From NCBI GenBank assembly GCA_963740315.1, contig CAVUDP010000004.1, positions 640,001-704,000 of the forward strand: a DNA stretch of 64,000 bases, given 5' to 3'. This DNA is from an uncultured cyanobacterium (GTDB taxonomy: Bacteria; Cyanobacteriota; Cyanobacteriia; Cyanobacteriales; Nostocaceae). A program made the translations under genes and the position numbers. The first letter of the stretch is position 1. Each line of letters starts with the position of its first letter. Positions 31,723-42,197 of this stretch are shown here, one piece after another. The notes beneath the pieces are model-generated. The model was not told where the DNA came from. It did no database searches and saw nothing but the letters and a program-made list of their open reading frames with translations.

Positions 31723-32634
31723 ATTTTTGTTGAATTTGTGTCTCTAAATTATTGATTTTTTGAATAATACAATTGTCTGTTTCAAATAATTATTAATAAA
31801 TATTATCAACTTTAAAAGGTATAAATTTACATTTTTGACTTATATTAGAAACACCGAATATGCTCATTGAACGCCGAAAAAGTCATGTTTTCACGACAAC
31901 AAACCGGGTTTCTGACAGGGGCGCATTCGGGTGAAGCAACAATGGTTTTTTACAAGCTTGTTTGATATACCTTCATTAGTATTCATCCTGGAAATGCCTG
32001 TATTTTTGAGTACAAACACTAATCTAACAACTTGAAATAGAACTTATATATGAAATTTGTTAATGTAATTACTAAAAATTATAAATTTTTTTAACTAATT
32101 CTCACTATACCGCAAGTCATAAATATTACATTCTCAATTCGTGACTTTTTTCACTTCTATCTTTTCTATTAAAGCAGTACAAATGCTTATTTTTTTATAA
32201 TTGTAACTAAATTATCGATATTTTACAAAATATTACGAGACTTTAAAAAAAATCAAAAAAATGGTTTAAACGAAAGATATAGTGTAGCGCTTATCTTACC
32301 TAAGTTTAAATTTAATCCTAACTATTTCCTTCACTGTTTAAAGGTTTACTTGAATTCCATTAAAAAACCTTTGTTTAAAATCGATTATTTATACGGCGTT
32401 CAAAAAATATTGATTAATTCCAAACAATTTACTTGTGCATTTTTGTTAAAACTATTTGTTTTGAATTGGATTCTTATGTTTGAGCAAGTCTTTAATCAAT
32501 ATTCCGATGCGCTATATTGTATCGAACATATCAGTATTTTACAAAATATGTAGTTAACCTTAAGATATGTTACATAGTCTGGTATTTGCAGGGTAAATAG
32601 TGTAATAAGTCTCAACCTAATCAGGAAAAAACCA

Positions 32635-33177
32635 GTGACATCTCCAAATAAAGCCGTACAAATAGCAGAAAAATCTTTGATTACAGAATATTTTCAAGAA
32701 TCTGTTGGTAAATGGAGTTCGGAAAGACGCTACTATACGTTACCGGATGGAAAAACCAAGGAAGTGGCGAGTATCATTACCATTCGGTTTTTAGAAGCTG
32801 GATGCGATGAATTGCAAAAACTGGCGCGGATGCACGATTTAGATGAGTCTACGGTTTTGAGTTGCGGTGCTGAAGTTTGTTGGGAAAGTACCAACGCCGT
32901 AACTAAAGCAAAAGAATCTCAAGGTTCTACATTATTTGGGGCTTTGGGAAATACGCTGTATCGCGATCGCGGTTTTGCAACGTCGAAACCAATTACTGCC
33001 GAATATCATTTTCCCAACGATAAAACTTTGTGTTTGCGTACAGAGTATAACGGTTCGGTATTTGAGGAAGAATTAAAGTTTATTGGTGAAAAATACCGTA
33101 CCCGTCAGTCTGTGATTTCTCGCGCTGGGGAACAGGTAATGATTGGACAGTATTTAGAAAAGCGGATTGAAGAATGA
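32635..33177 (+). CDS. Phycobiliprotein lyase, CpcS/CpeS family (CpcV-like)
   Basis: FQESVGKWSSERRYY, LYRDRGF, LRTEY...FEEE...RTRQS and QYLEKRI fit the CpeS beta-barrel family. Confidence 0.8.
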   Translation: MTSPNKAVQIAEKSLITEYFQESVGKWSSERRYYTLPDGKTKEVASIITIRFLEAGCDELQKLARMHDLDESTVLSCGAEVCWESTNAVTKAKESQGSTLFGALGNTLYRDRGFATSKPITAEYHFPNDKTLCLRTEYNGSVFEEELKFIGEKYRTRQSVISRAGEQVMIGQYLEKRIEE

Positions 33178-33605
33178 TATAAATAACCAAAAATTTTGAG
33201 CTAAATTAAACCGAAAATAGCAAGAAGAGTATTTATGAGTAAAAAACAGATTAAAAGAAAATAAATCTCGTGTTTCAGATATTGAAAATTCTCTAACTCT
33301 CGCTCAAATTAAGCGGGGGTTTTTGTTCGTAACCGTACATTAAAGCGGGCTTAATACATATTGATGCACTTTTTGGTTTTCTAATATTCGTCATGTCTTA
33401 CCTAAATTAAAATCAGTTGTATATCGAATTACAAGTAGCAGCAATAATTAATCGACATTTAGTAATTTTACTTACTAAGTTAACATTGAATTTATACAAA
33501 TAAAGGTTGCATATTTTTTTTTATATTGTTAGCATTTAACTGGTTATTTTGTAGTTATATTTACCAGTGTATTCTACCAATTGATGTAATTTCACATTGG
33601 AAAAT

Positions 33606-36152
33606 ATGGCAATTATCACAGTTTCTAGCACCGCCGATAGTGGAAAAGGAACGCTTAGAGAAGCTATTTTAAACGCGAGTTCAGGGGATACTATTCGCTT
33701 CGATTCAACTCTGGCTAACAAAAAGATAAACCTTACTAGCGGTCAATTAAAGATTGCAAAAAACTTGACTGTTGATGGAGCAGATGCCGAAAATTTAACT
33801 ATTAGCGGTAATCAATCTAGTCGGATTTTCTTTGTAAACAGAGAAAAAGAATTAGCTCTCAAGAATCTAACTATTGCTGATGCTAGAACAGTTAGCGGCA
33901 AAAAAAGTGATTTTAATGCGGCCCAAAGTGGTGGGGGAGGAGTTTATGTTGATTTCTCCGGGACTCTTACCGTTGAGAACATTCAGTTTAAAGATAACGT
34001 TGCCGATATGGGTGGCGGTATCTACGTTAATTATGGTGGTCAGGCTACAGTTCTTAATAGTAGCTTTGATAATAACGATGGAACTCCAGGGAATTCTGGT
34101 TTTAGCGCGGGTGCAATTTCTGCTGCCGGACAAACTAAGGGCTTAACTGTTAAAGGTAGCAGCTTTACTAATAATAAAGGTTCTCAGGGTGGGGCTATTT
34201 ATAGTCTGCTCGGTCCGCTGACAATTGAAGATTCTGTCTTCGTTGATAACCTCAGCACGCGCCAGGGTGGAGCTATTTCCACTGATGGTGCTAGCCCGCG
34301 TGGCAAGGAAAATAGAGACGGAACTATTACCATTCGCAACAGCAAGTTTGAAGGAAATCAAAGCGTTGGTGGTGGTGGTGGACTTTTTCTATATACCTAT
34401 GAAGGGGAGAAGGTATTAATAGAAGACAGTACGATTATTGATAATTCTGTCAGTAAGGATAGTAATGGAAATGCTTTAGGTGGCGGAATCAGAACAGGGG
34501 GAGGAGCGAGTAAAGGCAATCTCACCATCCACAATACTACTATTGCCTCGAACGCCTCAAATACGGGGGGAGGATTTTGGGATGATGGATCTAAGTCAAT
34601 CGATATTGAAAACAGCACTTTGTCGGGCAATGAAACTAGCTCTGGAGGCGCTATCTACTCAAACTCAAAGGGTGCTTTAAACATCAGCAACTCCACAATT
34701 GTCGAGAATGTTGCTCGTGACAAAGCCGGAGCAATCTGGTCGAATGGCAAGAATGAGATTACTTTAAGCAATTCAATCGTAGCCAACAACACCTCAAAAG
34801 ACGGAAAGCAAACTTCCTTTGAGCTTAAAGATGGCGGAGGTAATATCGAATTTCTAGATCCCCAGTCAAAGCAAAGAGTTGTTGCAGGCTCTCAAATAGT
34901 AGACCCTAAATTAGGCTCCTTGCAAAATATCGACGGTTCTTTAATTCATCCTCTCAAGTCAGATAGTCCTGCAATTGATGCAGCTAGCGATCGCACCATC
35001 GAAACCGACCAACAAGGGGTGATACGAGACTCCGCTCCAGATATAGGAGCATTTGAATTCACCTCTAACCAACCGACTTCGCAAAAACCCAGCAGCCCCG
35101 AGCCTGAGTCTAAGCCTGAGCTAACCCCGACAAAGAATCAACCTTTACGCTATGAAGCCGAAGATTTGACTCTAGATGGTTATGAAGTTGAGACTGTAAA
35201 AAACTCTAGTGCTAGTGCTGGTAAGCATATTTCTCTCAAGGAGGCTGGTGAGAATCAAGGCTCTGCTACAGGCACATTTGAAGGTGAAGCAGGAATTTAT
35301 CAAGTAAAAGTTGGTTATTTCGACGAAAACGATGGGCAATCTAAAGTTAAAGTCACCGTTGGCGAAGAGAGTACAAGCTTTACTTTTGACAAAGATTTAC
35401 CCGATAGCTGGGTAAAACCTGTTTCTAAAACTAGTCGAATCGCCATAGAAGAAGTGCAGTTAGAGTCTGGAGATACTTTCAAAATTGAAGCAACTAGTAA
35501 CAAAGGTGAATTTGCTCGTTTTGATTACATTGAATTCTCTCCGAAGCCAGCAGCCGCAGCAACTCCTCAAACTCCTATGGAGGGAGCAGGAAGTAGGGAG
35601 CAGGCAGTAGGAGGAGAAGAGGATATTATTAATGGAATAGTTAATCTGAGCAACGTTGATTTTGATGGAGATGGGGAAGTTGACGAACAAGTTTCGTTGA
35701 TTGTGGATGATATTAACAGTACTGGCTCTTACAGTAATTCAGCAGGTTTTTATCAAGTCTTAGATGTAAATGGTACCGTACTCGATCCAGTTACAAATCA
35801 GCAGATTCAGCCGGGAGAACAAGGATATGAAACAGCAGCATTTAACCAACGTATTCCTGAATTAGACTTTGATAAAAATGATGGCAGTTTAACCGCAGAA
35901 GTTGATGGAGGAATATTCTTAGCACCATATTTGATTGCGAATGGTACTGTAGAAGAATTTCTCGGCAAAAATCCGACTAACAATCGATCTGGAAGCGGAT
36001 TAAATGCCTACTTTGCTTTTGGAAGTGCTAATCCAGATGGAGTAAAGCATCTTAAAGCTTCAGATAAAAACTTTGGTTTTGAGGATTTATATGGTGGGGG
36101 AGATCAAAATTTTACTGATATTACCTTTAGTGTAAATGTAGAGAGCGCTTGA
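33606..36152 (+). CDS. Large extracellular protein: beta-helix (GGAI/FxxN repeats), anchor-Q-like domain, CBM-like domain, DUF4114-like C-terminus
   Basis: ITVSSTADSGKGTLREAI N-terminus, repeated GGAI/GGGI, DPKLGSL...SPAIDA...DIGAFE, YEAED and GFEDLYGGGDQNFTD. Confidence 0.8.
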   Translation: MAIITVSSTADSGKGTLREAILNASSGDTIRFDSTLANKKINLTSGQLKIAKNLTVDGADAENLTISGNQSSRIFFVNREKELALKNLTIADARTVSGKKSDFNAAQSGGGGVYVDFSGTLTVENIQFKDNVADMGGGIYVNYGGQATVLNSSFDNNDGTPGNSGFSAGAISAAGQTKGLTVKGSSFTNNKGSQGGAIYSLLGPLTIEDSVFVDNLSTRQGGAISTDGASPRGKENRDGTITIRNSKFEGNQSVGGGGGLFLYTYEGEKVLIEDSTIIDNSVSKDSNGNALGGGIRTGGGASKGNLTIHNTTIASNASNTGGGFWDDGSKSIDIENSTLSGNETSSGGAIYSNSKGALNISNSTIVENVARDKAGAIWSNGKNEITLSNSIVANNTSKDGKQTSFELKDGGGNIEFLDPQSKQRVVAGSQIVDPKLGSLQNIDGSLIHPLKSDSPAIDAASDRTIETDQQGVIRDSAPDIGAFEFTSNQPTSQKPSSPEPESKPELTPTKNQPLRYEAEDLTLDGYEVETVKNSSASAGKHISLKEAGENQGSATGTFEGEAGIYQVKVGYFDENDGQSKVKVTVGEESTSFTFDKDLPDSWVKPVSKTSRIAIEEVQLESGDTFKIEATSNKGEFARFDYIEFSPKPAAAATPQTPMEGAGSREQAVGGEEDIINGIVNLSNVDFDGDGEVDEQVSLIVDDINSTGSYSNSAGFYQVLDVNGTVLDPVTNQQIQPGEQGYETAAFNQRIPELDFDKNDGSLTAEVDGGIFLAPYLIANGTVEEFLGKNPTNNRSGSGLNAYFAFGSANPDGVKHLKASDKNFGFEDLYGGGDQNFTDITFSVNVESA

Positions 36153-36162
36153 TTCTTAGTTC

Positions 36163-36211
36163 GTAGTAAGGACTTTAGTGCCTGAGATTGGAGGGCTAAA
36201 GCCCTTACTAC
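36163..36211. repeat. REPIN-like doublet (family A)
   Basis: gtagtaaggactttagtgcct...agggctaaagcccttactac, flanked by gttc/gaac. Confidence 0.8.
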
Positions 36212-36431
36212 GAACATATTTTTATTTGTAAAATTTGAATTTGATTTTAGTTTATTATGATTGAACGTAAAACAAGATTTTACACTTAGCAAATCCGTTT
36301 ATTGTGCAGTATAGGATTTCGACTACAGGAGCTTTGGCTATAACTAACTTTAAATTATTTATAAATCCCCGTGTTTTAACCATAAATTATGTTGATTTAC
36401 GACGCATTTTTAAATTTCATCAATATTCAAC

Positions 36432-37043
36432 ATGGCTTACAATAATTTCACTTTGAGTAAAGCTAAAAAAGACTTTGATTTATCTACAATCGAGTCCGAA
36501 AACTTATTTAAAAATGTTAGCAGTATAGAACCTTCGGCTACTTTGGTTGAATTATTAGAAGAATATTTACCGTTAGCAAGAGCAATAAGTACGGAAAAAG
36601 CCAAATCTGAGTTATTGGTAATTCCGATATTAGTAGAAATTAGAAAAATTCTTTGCAAAAAAGTCAGCTTATTTTCTGGGAGTCTTTTTAATGTTGATAT
36701 TTCTTTAGGCTTAACTGGTTACGTTGATTTCTTGATTACATTGAGTGAGGAGATGTACGCTATAAGCTCTCCCGTCGTCACGTTAGTTGAAGCTAAAAAC
36801 GATTTAATTACGTCGGGGATAGGACAATGTATAGCCGAAATGGTAGCAGCACAAATTTTTAATCAAAAGCAAGATAATAATGTTTCAACGATTTACGGAG
36901 TAGTTACAACTGGAACTGCTTGGTTATTTCTAAAGTTAGAACAGAAAACCGTTTATATTGATAATCAAGAATACTATATTGATAACCTGGGGAAAATAAT
37001 GGGTATTTTGATCGATTGCTTGGAGAAAGCAGGAGAATTTTGA
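36432..37043 (+). CDS. Conserved cyanobacterial hypothetical protein, possible PD-(D/E)xK / HsdR-N-like fold
   Basis: GYVDFLI...VEAK...GQCIAEMVAAQ...IYGVVTTGTAWLF pattern. Confidence 0.7.
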   Translation: MAYNNFTLSKAKKDFDLSTIESENLFKNVSSIEPSATLVELLEEYLPLARAISTEKAKSELLVIPILVEIRKILCKKVSLFSGSLFNVDISLGLTGYVDFLITLSEEMYAISSPVVTLVEAKNDLITSGIGQCIAEMVAAQIFNQKQDNNVSTIYGVVTTGTAWLFLKLEQKTVYIDNQEYYIDNLGKIMGILIDCLEKAGEF

Positions 37044-37103
37044 CATAAAATCGTATTTGTAAGCTTTTGAGGAGAATTTAATATTTTTATAGTGGATTCG
37101 TTC

Positions 37104-37724
37104 TTAAAAATTACTGGCAATAATTAGCGATAGAGCTTCACGAATCATATCTATCGTCATAAATGGTGCTTCTGGATAGTATTTAATAACTTGTTCTGGT
37201 AATACTGGAATGTGAACAAAACCAACCTTCATCTCAGAATTATTAGTTTCTCTCCAGTGAAGAAAGTGATAAAAAGCTTGATTGCACAAATGAGTTCCAC
37301 AATCGTTGGAAATTTTGGCTGGAATATTGTGCTTTTCTAACAAGGAAACTAAACTTTCTTGGTTTGGTAAAGAATTCCAATAAGCAACAGGAGCATCTTT
37401 GATAATCAATGTTCCCTTGGGTGCATTTCCTGCTTTATCCAAAGTCACAAAATATCTTAGATTCTTTGCCATTCTCTCAAGAGTTATTTTGTTATAACCG
37501 CGTGCTTGACCGATACCAATACAAATATCGGGTAATAATATGTTAAGAGTTTGATCAATTATTTGTCCAAGGGTATTAGTGTTACCAGGCAAAATCTTGA
37601 AGTCAATGCAATCGATATATTGACTAATCTTTGAAGGAGGGCGATCGCGTAAAGATTTTACTAATAATTCTGAAGCATTTACACCATCGTCATTCGGCTC
37701 AAAGCCAGTTATTAAAACTTTCAT
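37104..37724 (-). CDS. pcp: Pyroglutamyl-peptidase I (C15)
   Basis: VLITGFEP, ITLERMAKN (Glu), GTHLCN (Cys) and GFVHIP (His). Confidence 0.9.
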   Translation of the reverse strand: MKVLITGFEPNDDGVNASELLVKSLRDRPPSKISQYIDCIDFKILPGNTNTLGQIIDQTLNILLPDICIGIGQARGYNKITLERMAKNLRYFVTLDKAGNAPKGTLIIKDAPVAYWNSLPNQESLVSLLEKHNIPAKISNDCGTHLCNQAFYHFLHWRETNNSEMKVGFVHIPVLPEQVIKYYPEAPFMTIDMIREALSLIIASNF

Positions 37725-37907
37725 TTAAAAGAATTTTTTTGTTAATAATAGTTAGGAAAAGTTGGATTATACCGATAAATAAAGTACGATACACCTTAGA
37801 GGTATTGGTTTCGTCTATTAGCAAGATTGTGCCGAAACGGAAAAATTGTACGTGCTTGGAATTAAAAAGACGAAATTTTTAAACTTCAAACTACTAAGGG
37901 CTTTTAA

Positions 37908-38174
37908 ATGACTGCCAAAGTTGAAATTTATACGAGTCAGGCTTGCTCGTATTGCCGTCAAGCCAAGGCTTTACTAAAGGAAAAAGGTGTTGAGTTTATT
38001 GAATATAGTGTTGATGGAGATAAGATAGCACGGGCTGCTATGGCAGAGCGAGCTAACGGCAGGTATTCCTTACCTCAAATTTTTGTCAACGATCGCCCTT
38101 TTGGTGGTTGTGATGATTTGTACGAAATGGACGATTTAGGTAGGCTTGAACAATTTCTACAAATTGATTCTTAA
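37908..38174 (+). CDS. grxC: Glutaredoxin 3
   Basis: CSYC active site, SLPQIF and GGCDDL. Confidence 0.9.
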   Translation: MTAKVEIYTSQACSYCRQAKALLKEKGVEFIEYSVDGDKIARAAMAERANGRYSLPQIFVNDRPFGGCDDLYEMDDLGRLEQFLQIDS

Positions 38175-38206
38175 CATCCTCTGCTTGTTTCTTACACATT
38201 TAGCTA

Positions 38207-38410
38207 GTAGGTTGGGTGAAACGGAGTGAAACCCAACATTATCCAGCAAGCCCTAGATATTGTTGGGTTCCGCTTCGCTGCACCCAATCTACAAATTTCC
38301 AACTACACATAATGGTGCGTTACGGCATTTTCAAACGTATAACCTATCAATTAAATATCCTAGTGCCGTAACACACCCTACAAACAGACGTAGCAGTGCT
38401 ACGTCTCTAC
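38207..38410. repeat. Stack of three different GTAG-type REP/REPIN-like elements
   Basis: 38207-38292 GTAGGTTGGG...CCCAATCTAC; 38313-38381 TGGTGCGTTACGGCA...TGCCGTAACACACCCTAC; 38386-38410 AGACGTAGCAGTGCTACGTCTCTAC. Confidence 0.8.
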
Positions 38411-38413
38411 AAG

Positions 38414-40123
38414 TTAATAGTGCGTTCCCGTTTTCCGATAATGTACTGCTGTCACTCCTTCGTTATTCATTACTTTACCGTTATCGACGGTAGCGTAAAC
38501 TAACCAGTGGTCGCCGCATTCCATCCGTGATTTTACTGAGCATTCAACGTAAGCTAAGGCATCGGTAAGAGCGGGAGAACCATTACTTGCTTCTTCGGTT
38601 TCAATCCCTGCAAATCTATCTTCACCAGGACTAAAGGGTTTTAGGAAGTGTTTCATCATCCCTAAATGACCGCCTTCTTTTAATACATTCAACACAAATC
38701 CGCTGCCAGAATGCATCAAGGATTCTAAGGCTCTATCTTTAGCTACGGCGATGGTTAAACCGGGTGGATTAAAGCTGGCTTGAGATACCCAGGAAGCTAA
38801 CATGGCGCTGGAAACATCTCCTCGTTTCGCAGTTACCACACATAACGAACCGATAATTCTTCCTACTGCTTGTTCCACACTTGTGGAAGGTTGACTGGGT
38901 GCTTTTACCTTTTTGGCTTTCTTCAATGATTGAGCAAAATCAACTCCGGCTTCTTCGCACATTTGTAGCGTCTTTTCATCGGGTTTGAATTTAACGCGAA
39001 TCGGATCGAAACCAAAACGGAATCCAGCATCTTTGAGTTTGCTTTCCAAAATATCTACAGCTTCTCCACTCCAACCAAAGGAACCAAATACGCCAGCGGG
39101 TTTACTTTTGGCTGCTGTGGAAAGGATAATACCCAAAGCTGTTTGAATTTGAGTTGGTGCGTGCCCTCCCAAAGTTGGGGAACCAATTACAAAACCGGAT
39201 GCTTTTTCTACTGCTGTTTTGATATCTTCTGGTTCAACAGCTTCACAATTGATCGATTCTACCGCGACTCCGGCTTTGGTAATACCTCTGGCGATCGCCT
39301 GCGCTAATGTTGCGGTATTCCCGTAGGCGGAAGCATAAATTAATGCAACGCTAGTATCTTGTTTTGTTTGCTGTTTGCTCCATTCGTGATAAGCGTCGGT
39401 TAAATCTATTAAGCCTTCGCGCACTAAAGGTCCGTGATTCGGCGCATACATCCTCACAGCTAAATCATCAATTTTTTCTAAAGCAGTTTCTACTTGACGG
39501 GCGTGGGGTGCCATCAAGCAGTCATAATAATAACGTCTATCTTCGACAAAGATTTTCCAACCTTCATCAAAAACTTGGTCGCCACAGATATGTGCGCCAA
39601 ATAATTTATCGGTGTAGAGAATTTCCGTTTGGGGATCGTAAGTGCAAAGATGATCTGGGTAACGAGGGTTAGGTGTGGGAATAAACTGTAAATTATGTCC
39701 TTTGCCTAAATCGAGGCTTTCTTCCCCCTTCATCACCATAATTGGTAATTCGTTTTCCAAAGCTTTGCGTAAATTGATCGCACCGGGATTAGAACAAACA
39801 AATTTTACTTGAGGTGCAATTTCCAATAAAGCCTTTAAAGTAGCAGCACGGTTGGGATTAACGTGACCGATTATTACGTAATCAATTTCGGTTACATCAT
39901 ATCTTTGCTGCAAAGCATCTAAGTATTTTTCCGTAAAAGTTTCCCCAGGAGGATCGATCAATGCGATTTTTTCAGCTTTTATTAAATAAGAATTAGCCGT
40001 AGTACCCTTACCCAGAGCATATTCAATCTCAAACCGTAACCGCGTCCAACTGCGCGATCGCAATATAGTTGTATCTGTAGCAATAGGGAGAATTTGAACG
40101 TCACGAGGTTTTGTTTCTGTCAT
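38414..40123 (-). CDS. flv1: Flavodiiron protein Flv1 (probably A type)
   Basis: Lactamase-like domain with non-canonical HVNPNR ligands, flavodoxin domain and flavin reductase domain. True start MTETKPRD at 40123; the longer ORF start is read through repeats. Confidence 0.92.
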   Translation of the reverse strand: MTETKPRDVQILPIATDTTILRSRSWTRLRFEIEYALGKGTTANSYLIKAEKIALIDPPGETFTEKYLDALQQRYDVTEIDYVIIGHVNPNRAATLKALLEIAPQVKFVCSNPGAINLRKALENELPIMVMKGEESLDLGKGHNLQFIPTPNPRYPDHLCTYDPQTEILYTDKLFGAHICGDQVFDEGWKIFVEDRRYYYDCLMAPHARQVETALEKIDDLAVRMYAPNHGPLVREGLIDLTDAYHEWSKQQTKQDTSVALIYASAYGNTATLAQAIARGITKAGVAVESINCEAVEPEDIKTAVEKASGFVIGSPTLGGHAPTQIQTALGIILSTAAKSKPAGVFGSFGWSGEAVDILESKLKDAGFRFGFDPIRVKFKPDEKTLQMCEEAGVDFAQSLKKAKKVKAPSQPSTSVEQAVGRIIGSLCVVTAKRGDVSSAMLASWVSQASFNPPGLTIAVAKDRALESLMHSGSGFVLNVLKEGGHLGMMKHFLKPFSPGEDRFAGIETEEASNGSPALTDALAYVECSVKSRMECGDHWLVYATVDNGKVMNNEGVTAVHYRKTGTHY

Positions 40124-40134
40124 GGCTGAATCAA

Positions 40135-40312
40135 GGGAAGATGGGGAGAGAGGGGGTAGAGGGGGGAGAGGGGGAGATGGGGAGAGGAGGTAGACGGGGG
40201 AGAGGAGGTAGACGGGGGAGAGGAGGTAGTTAGATTTAGATAGCGAGCGAGACGCTCGCACTCCTAACTGCTCACTCCTAACTGCTCACTGGTTACTGCT
40301 CACTGCTCACTG
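40135..40312 (+). repeat. Composite intergenic repeat: G-rich tract, REP family E copy, (CTGCTCA/CTCCTAA)n
   Basis: Directly visible between flv3 and flv1. Confidence 0.85.
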
Positions 40313-40313
40313 A

Positions 40314-42035
40314 TTAATAATGGTTTCCAACTTTTCTGTGATGCACGGCGGTTAAGGCATCGGGTTTGCTGACTTTACCTGCATACACGGTGCTGTATAC
40401 AATCCAATGATCGCCAGCGTCCATTCTGCTGGAAACTTCGCACTCTACATAAGACAATGCATCTGTTAATATCGGCGCACCGTTTTCGGCTGGTTGGGTT
40501 TTCACTCCTTCAAAGCGATCGGCACCAGGGCGGAAACGCTTAAGGAAATGATTCATCAACCTTTGATAGTTGCCTTCTTCGAGAGTATTTAAAACGAATT
40601 TATCGCCTACCTGCATCAAGGATTCAATTGCTCGATCTTTCGCGACTGCAATTGTCAATCCCAAAGGTTTGAAGCTGGCTTGATTTACCCAAGATGCTAA
40701 CATGGCGCTTTTTACGTCACCTCGCTGAGCGGTAATGATATACAATCCACCACTCAATCTTCCTAAAGCTTTATCCAAGTCAGCATCAAGAGACTTCATG
40801 TTTTTGATGCTTTTAGCGCGGTTTAATAATTGCCCTAAATCAGTTCCCGCTTCTTCGCACTGCTTATAAGTATTCTCGGTGGGAGTCTCTTTAATTTTGA
40901 TTGCACCAAAGGCTGGTTTTAAACCCAATTCGCGGAATTTAGTCAAAACTGGATCGATTGGTTCATCATCACCACCACCAGTTTCAAATAATCCTACTGC
41001 TTGCTTGTCGTGTACCGAACCTAATATAGTACTGAAAGCAGTTTGCAGCTTTTGATCGGATGCTGGTGGCATTCCTAATATTATTCCAGTAAACCGACTT
41101 GCTTGTTCTCTTAATTCCTGTAAGTCAATTTCTTCGCTCAAATCAACCATTTCTATAGCGACTTCTGTTTTAGAAACACCGCTAGCAACTGCTTGAGCTA
41201 ATTTATCGCTGTCGCCATATTTGGAAACGTAGAAAATACCAACTGTTTTCTCAGCTTTGGCTTTATTTTTACTCCAATTGCGATATCTTCCGATTAACTC
41301 ATCTACATTATGGGATAAAAGCGGGCCATGTCCGGTTGCTACCATTCCCACGGTTTCCAACTCACCCATGCGCTTGAGAGCAGACATTACAGAGCGGGCA
41401 TTTGGAGCCATCAAACATTCGTAATAATATTTGTATTCGGCGCTGATTGCGTTCAAATCTTCATCAAAAGTGGCATCCGAACAATAATGCATCCCAAAAG
41501 CATCGCAGGTAAAGAGAATTTGGGTTTTGTGGTCGTATGTGAAAATGGTGTCGGGCCAGTGTAAATTAGGAGCAATGACAAATTCTAATTCGTGTCCGTT
41601 ACCTAAATCTAGGCGATCGCTATTTTTAACGATTTGATTTTTGAAAGATTGGTGTACGAGATTTTCCAAAAACTGAATCGCAACTTTGGAGCCAACAACG
41701 GTAACTTCCGGAGCCAACTGTAAAAAATCTTTAACCAAACCGCTGTGGTCGGGTTCGGTATGACTGATAATTAAATAATCGATTTCTGCTGGATTAACAA
41801 GTCCGTTAAGTGTGTCTAAGTAGAGCTTGCGGAACTTTTCGTGAGAAGTATCAACTAAAGCAGTCTTTTCGCCGCGAATAATAAACGAGTTATAAGTGGT
41901 GCCATTTTCCAAACCGAACTCGATATCAAATCTATCTCTATCCCAATCCAGAGAGCGAATTGCCGTAGTATCGTCAGCAATCTCGGCAGTCTGCATGGTG
42001 AGTTTTTTGGCGATTTTATCGGTAACTGCTACCAT
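40314..42035 (-). CDS. flv3: Flavodiiron protein Flv3 (probably A type)
   Basis: Canonical SHTEPDH, LHWPD, CDAFG and GHGP motifs; C-terminus HHRKVGNHY. Confidence 0.93.
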   Translation of the reverse strand: MVAVTDKIAKKLTMQTAEIADDTTAIRSLDWDRDRFDIEFGLENGTTYNSFIIRGEKTALVDTSHEKFRKLYLDTLNGLVNPAEIDYLIISHTEPDHSGLVKDFLQLAPEVTVVGSKVAIQFLENLVHQSFKNQIVKNSDRLDLGNGHELEFVIAPNLHWPDTIFTYDHKTQILFTCDAFGMHYCSDATFDEDLNAISAEYKYYYECLMAPNARSVMSALKRMGELETVGMVATGHGPLLSHNVDELIGRYRNWSKNKAKAEKTVGIFYVSKYGDSDKLAQAVASGVSKTEVAIEMVDLSEEIDLQELREQASRFTGIILGMPPASDQKLQTAFSTILGSVHDKQAVGLFETGGGDDEPIDPVLTKFRELGLKPAFGAIKIKETPTENTYKQCEEAGTDLGQLLNRAKSIKNMKSLDADLDKALGRLSGGLYIITAQRGDVKSAMLASWVNQASFKPLGLTIAVAKDRAIESLMQVGDKFVLNTLEEGNYQRLMNHFLKRFRPGADRFEGVKTQPAENGAPILTDALSYVECEVSSRMDAGDHWIVYSTVYAGKVSKPDALTAVHHRKVGNHY

Positions 42036-42197
42036 AACTAGTCTCCTTAATAGCTTTTTAATAACTTAGTATTTATGCGTCTGCTTCTATTGTGACACGA
42101 GTTAATTGTATATCTTTCTCAATAATCTATAGGTATTTGGATTTGGGCATGGGTAATTGGTAATTGCTCTTGTAGTCTTGTGATTGCTGATTTTAAA

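Noticed and set aside
32350..32553. 67-aa ORF upstream of the lyase gene
   Set aside because: AT-rich promoter-like DNA with a TTG start, no RBS and no recognisable features.
36432..37043. Restriction-modification or defence system
   Set aside because: A single nuclease-like ORF with no methylase, helicase or partner gene nearby.
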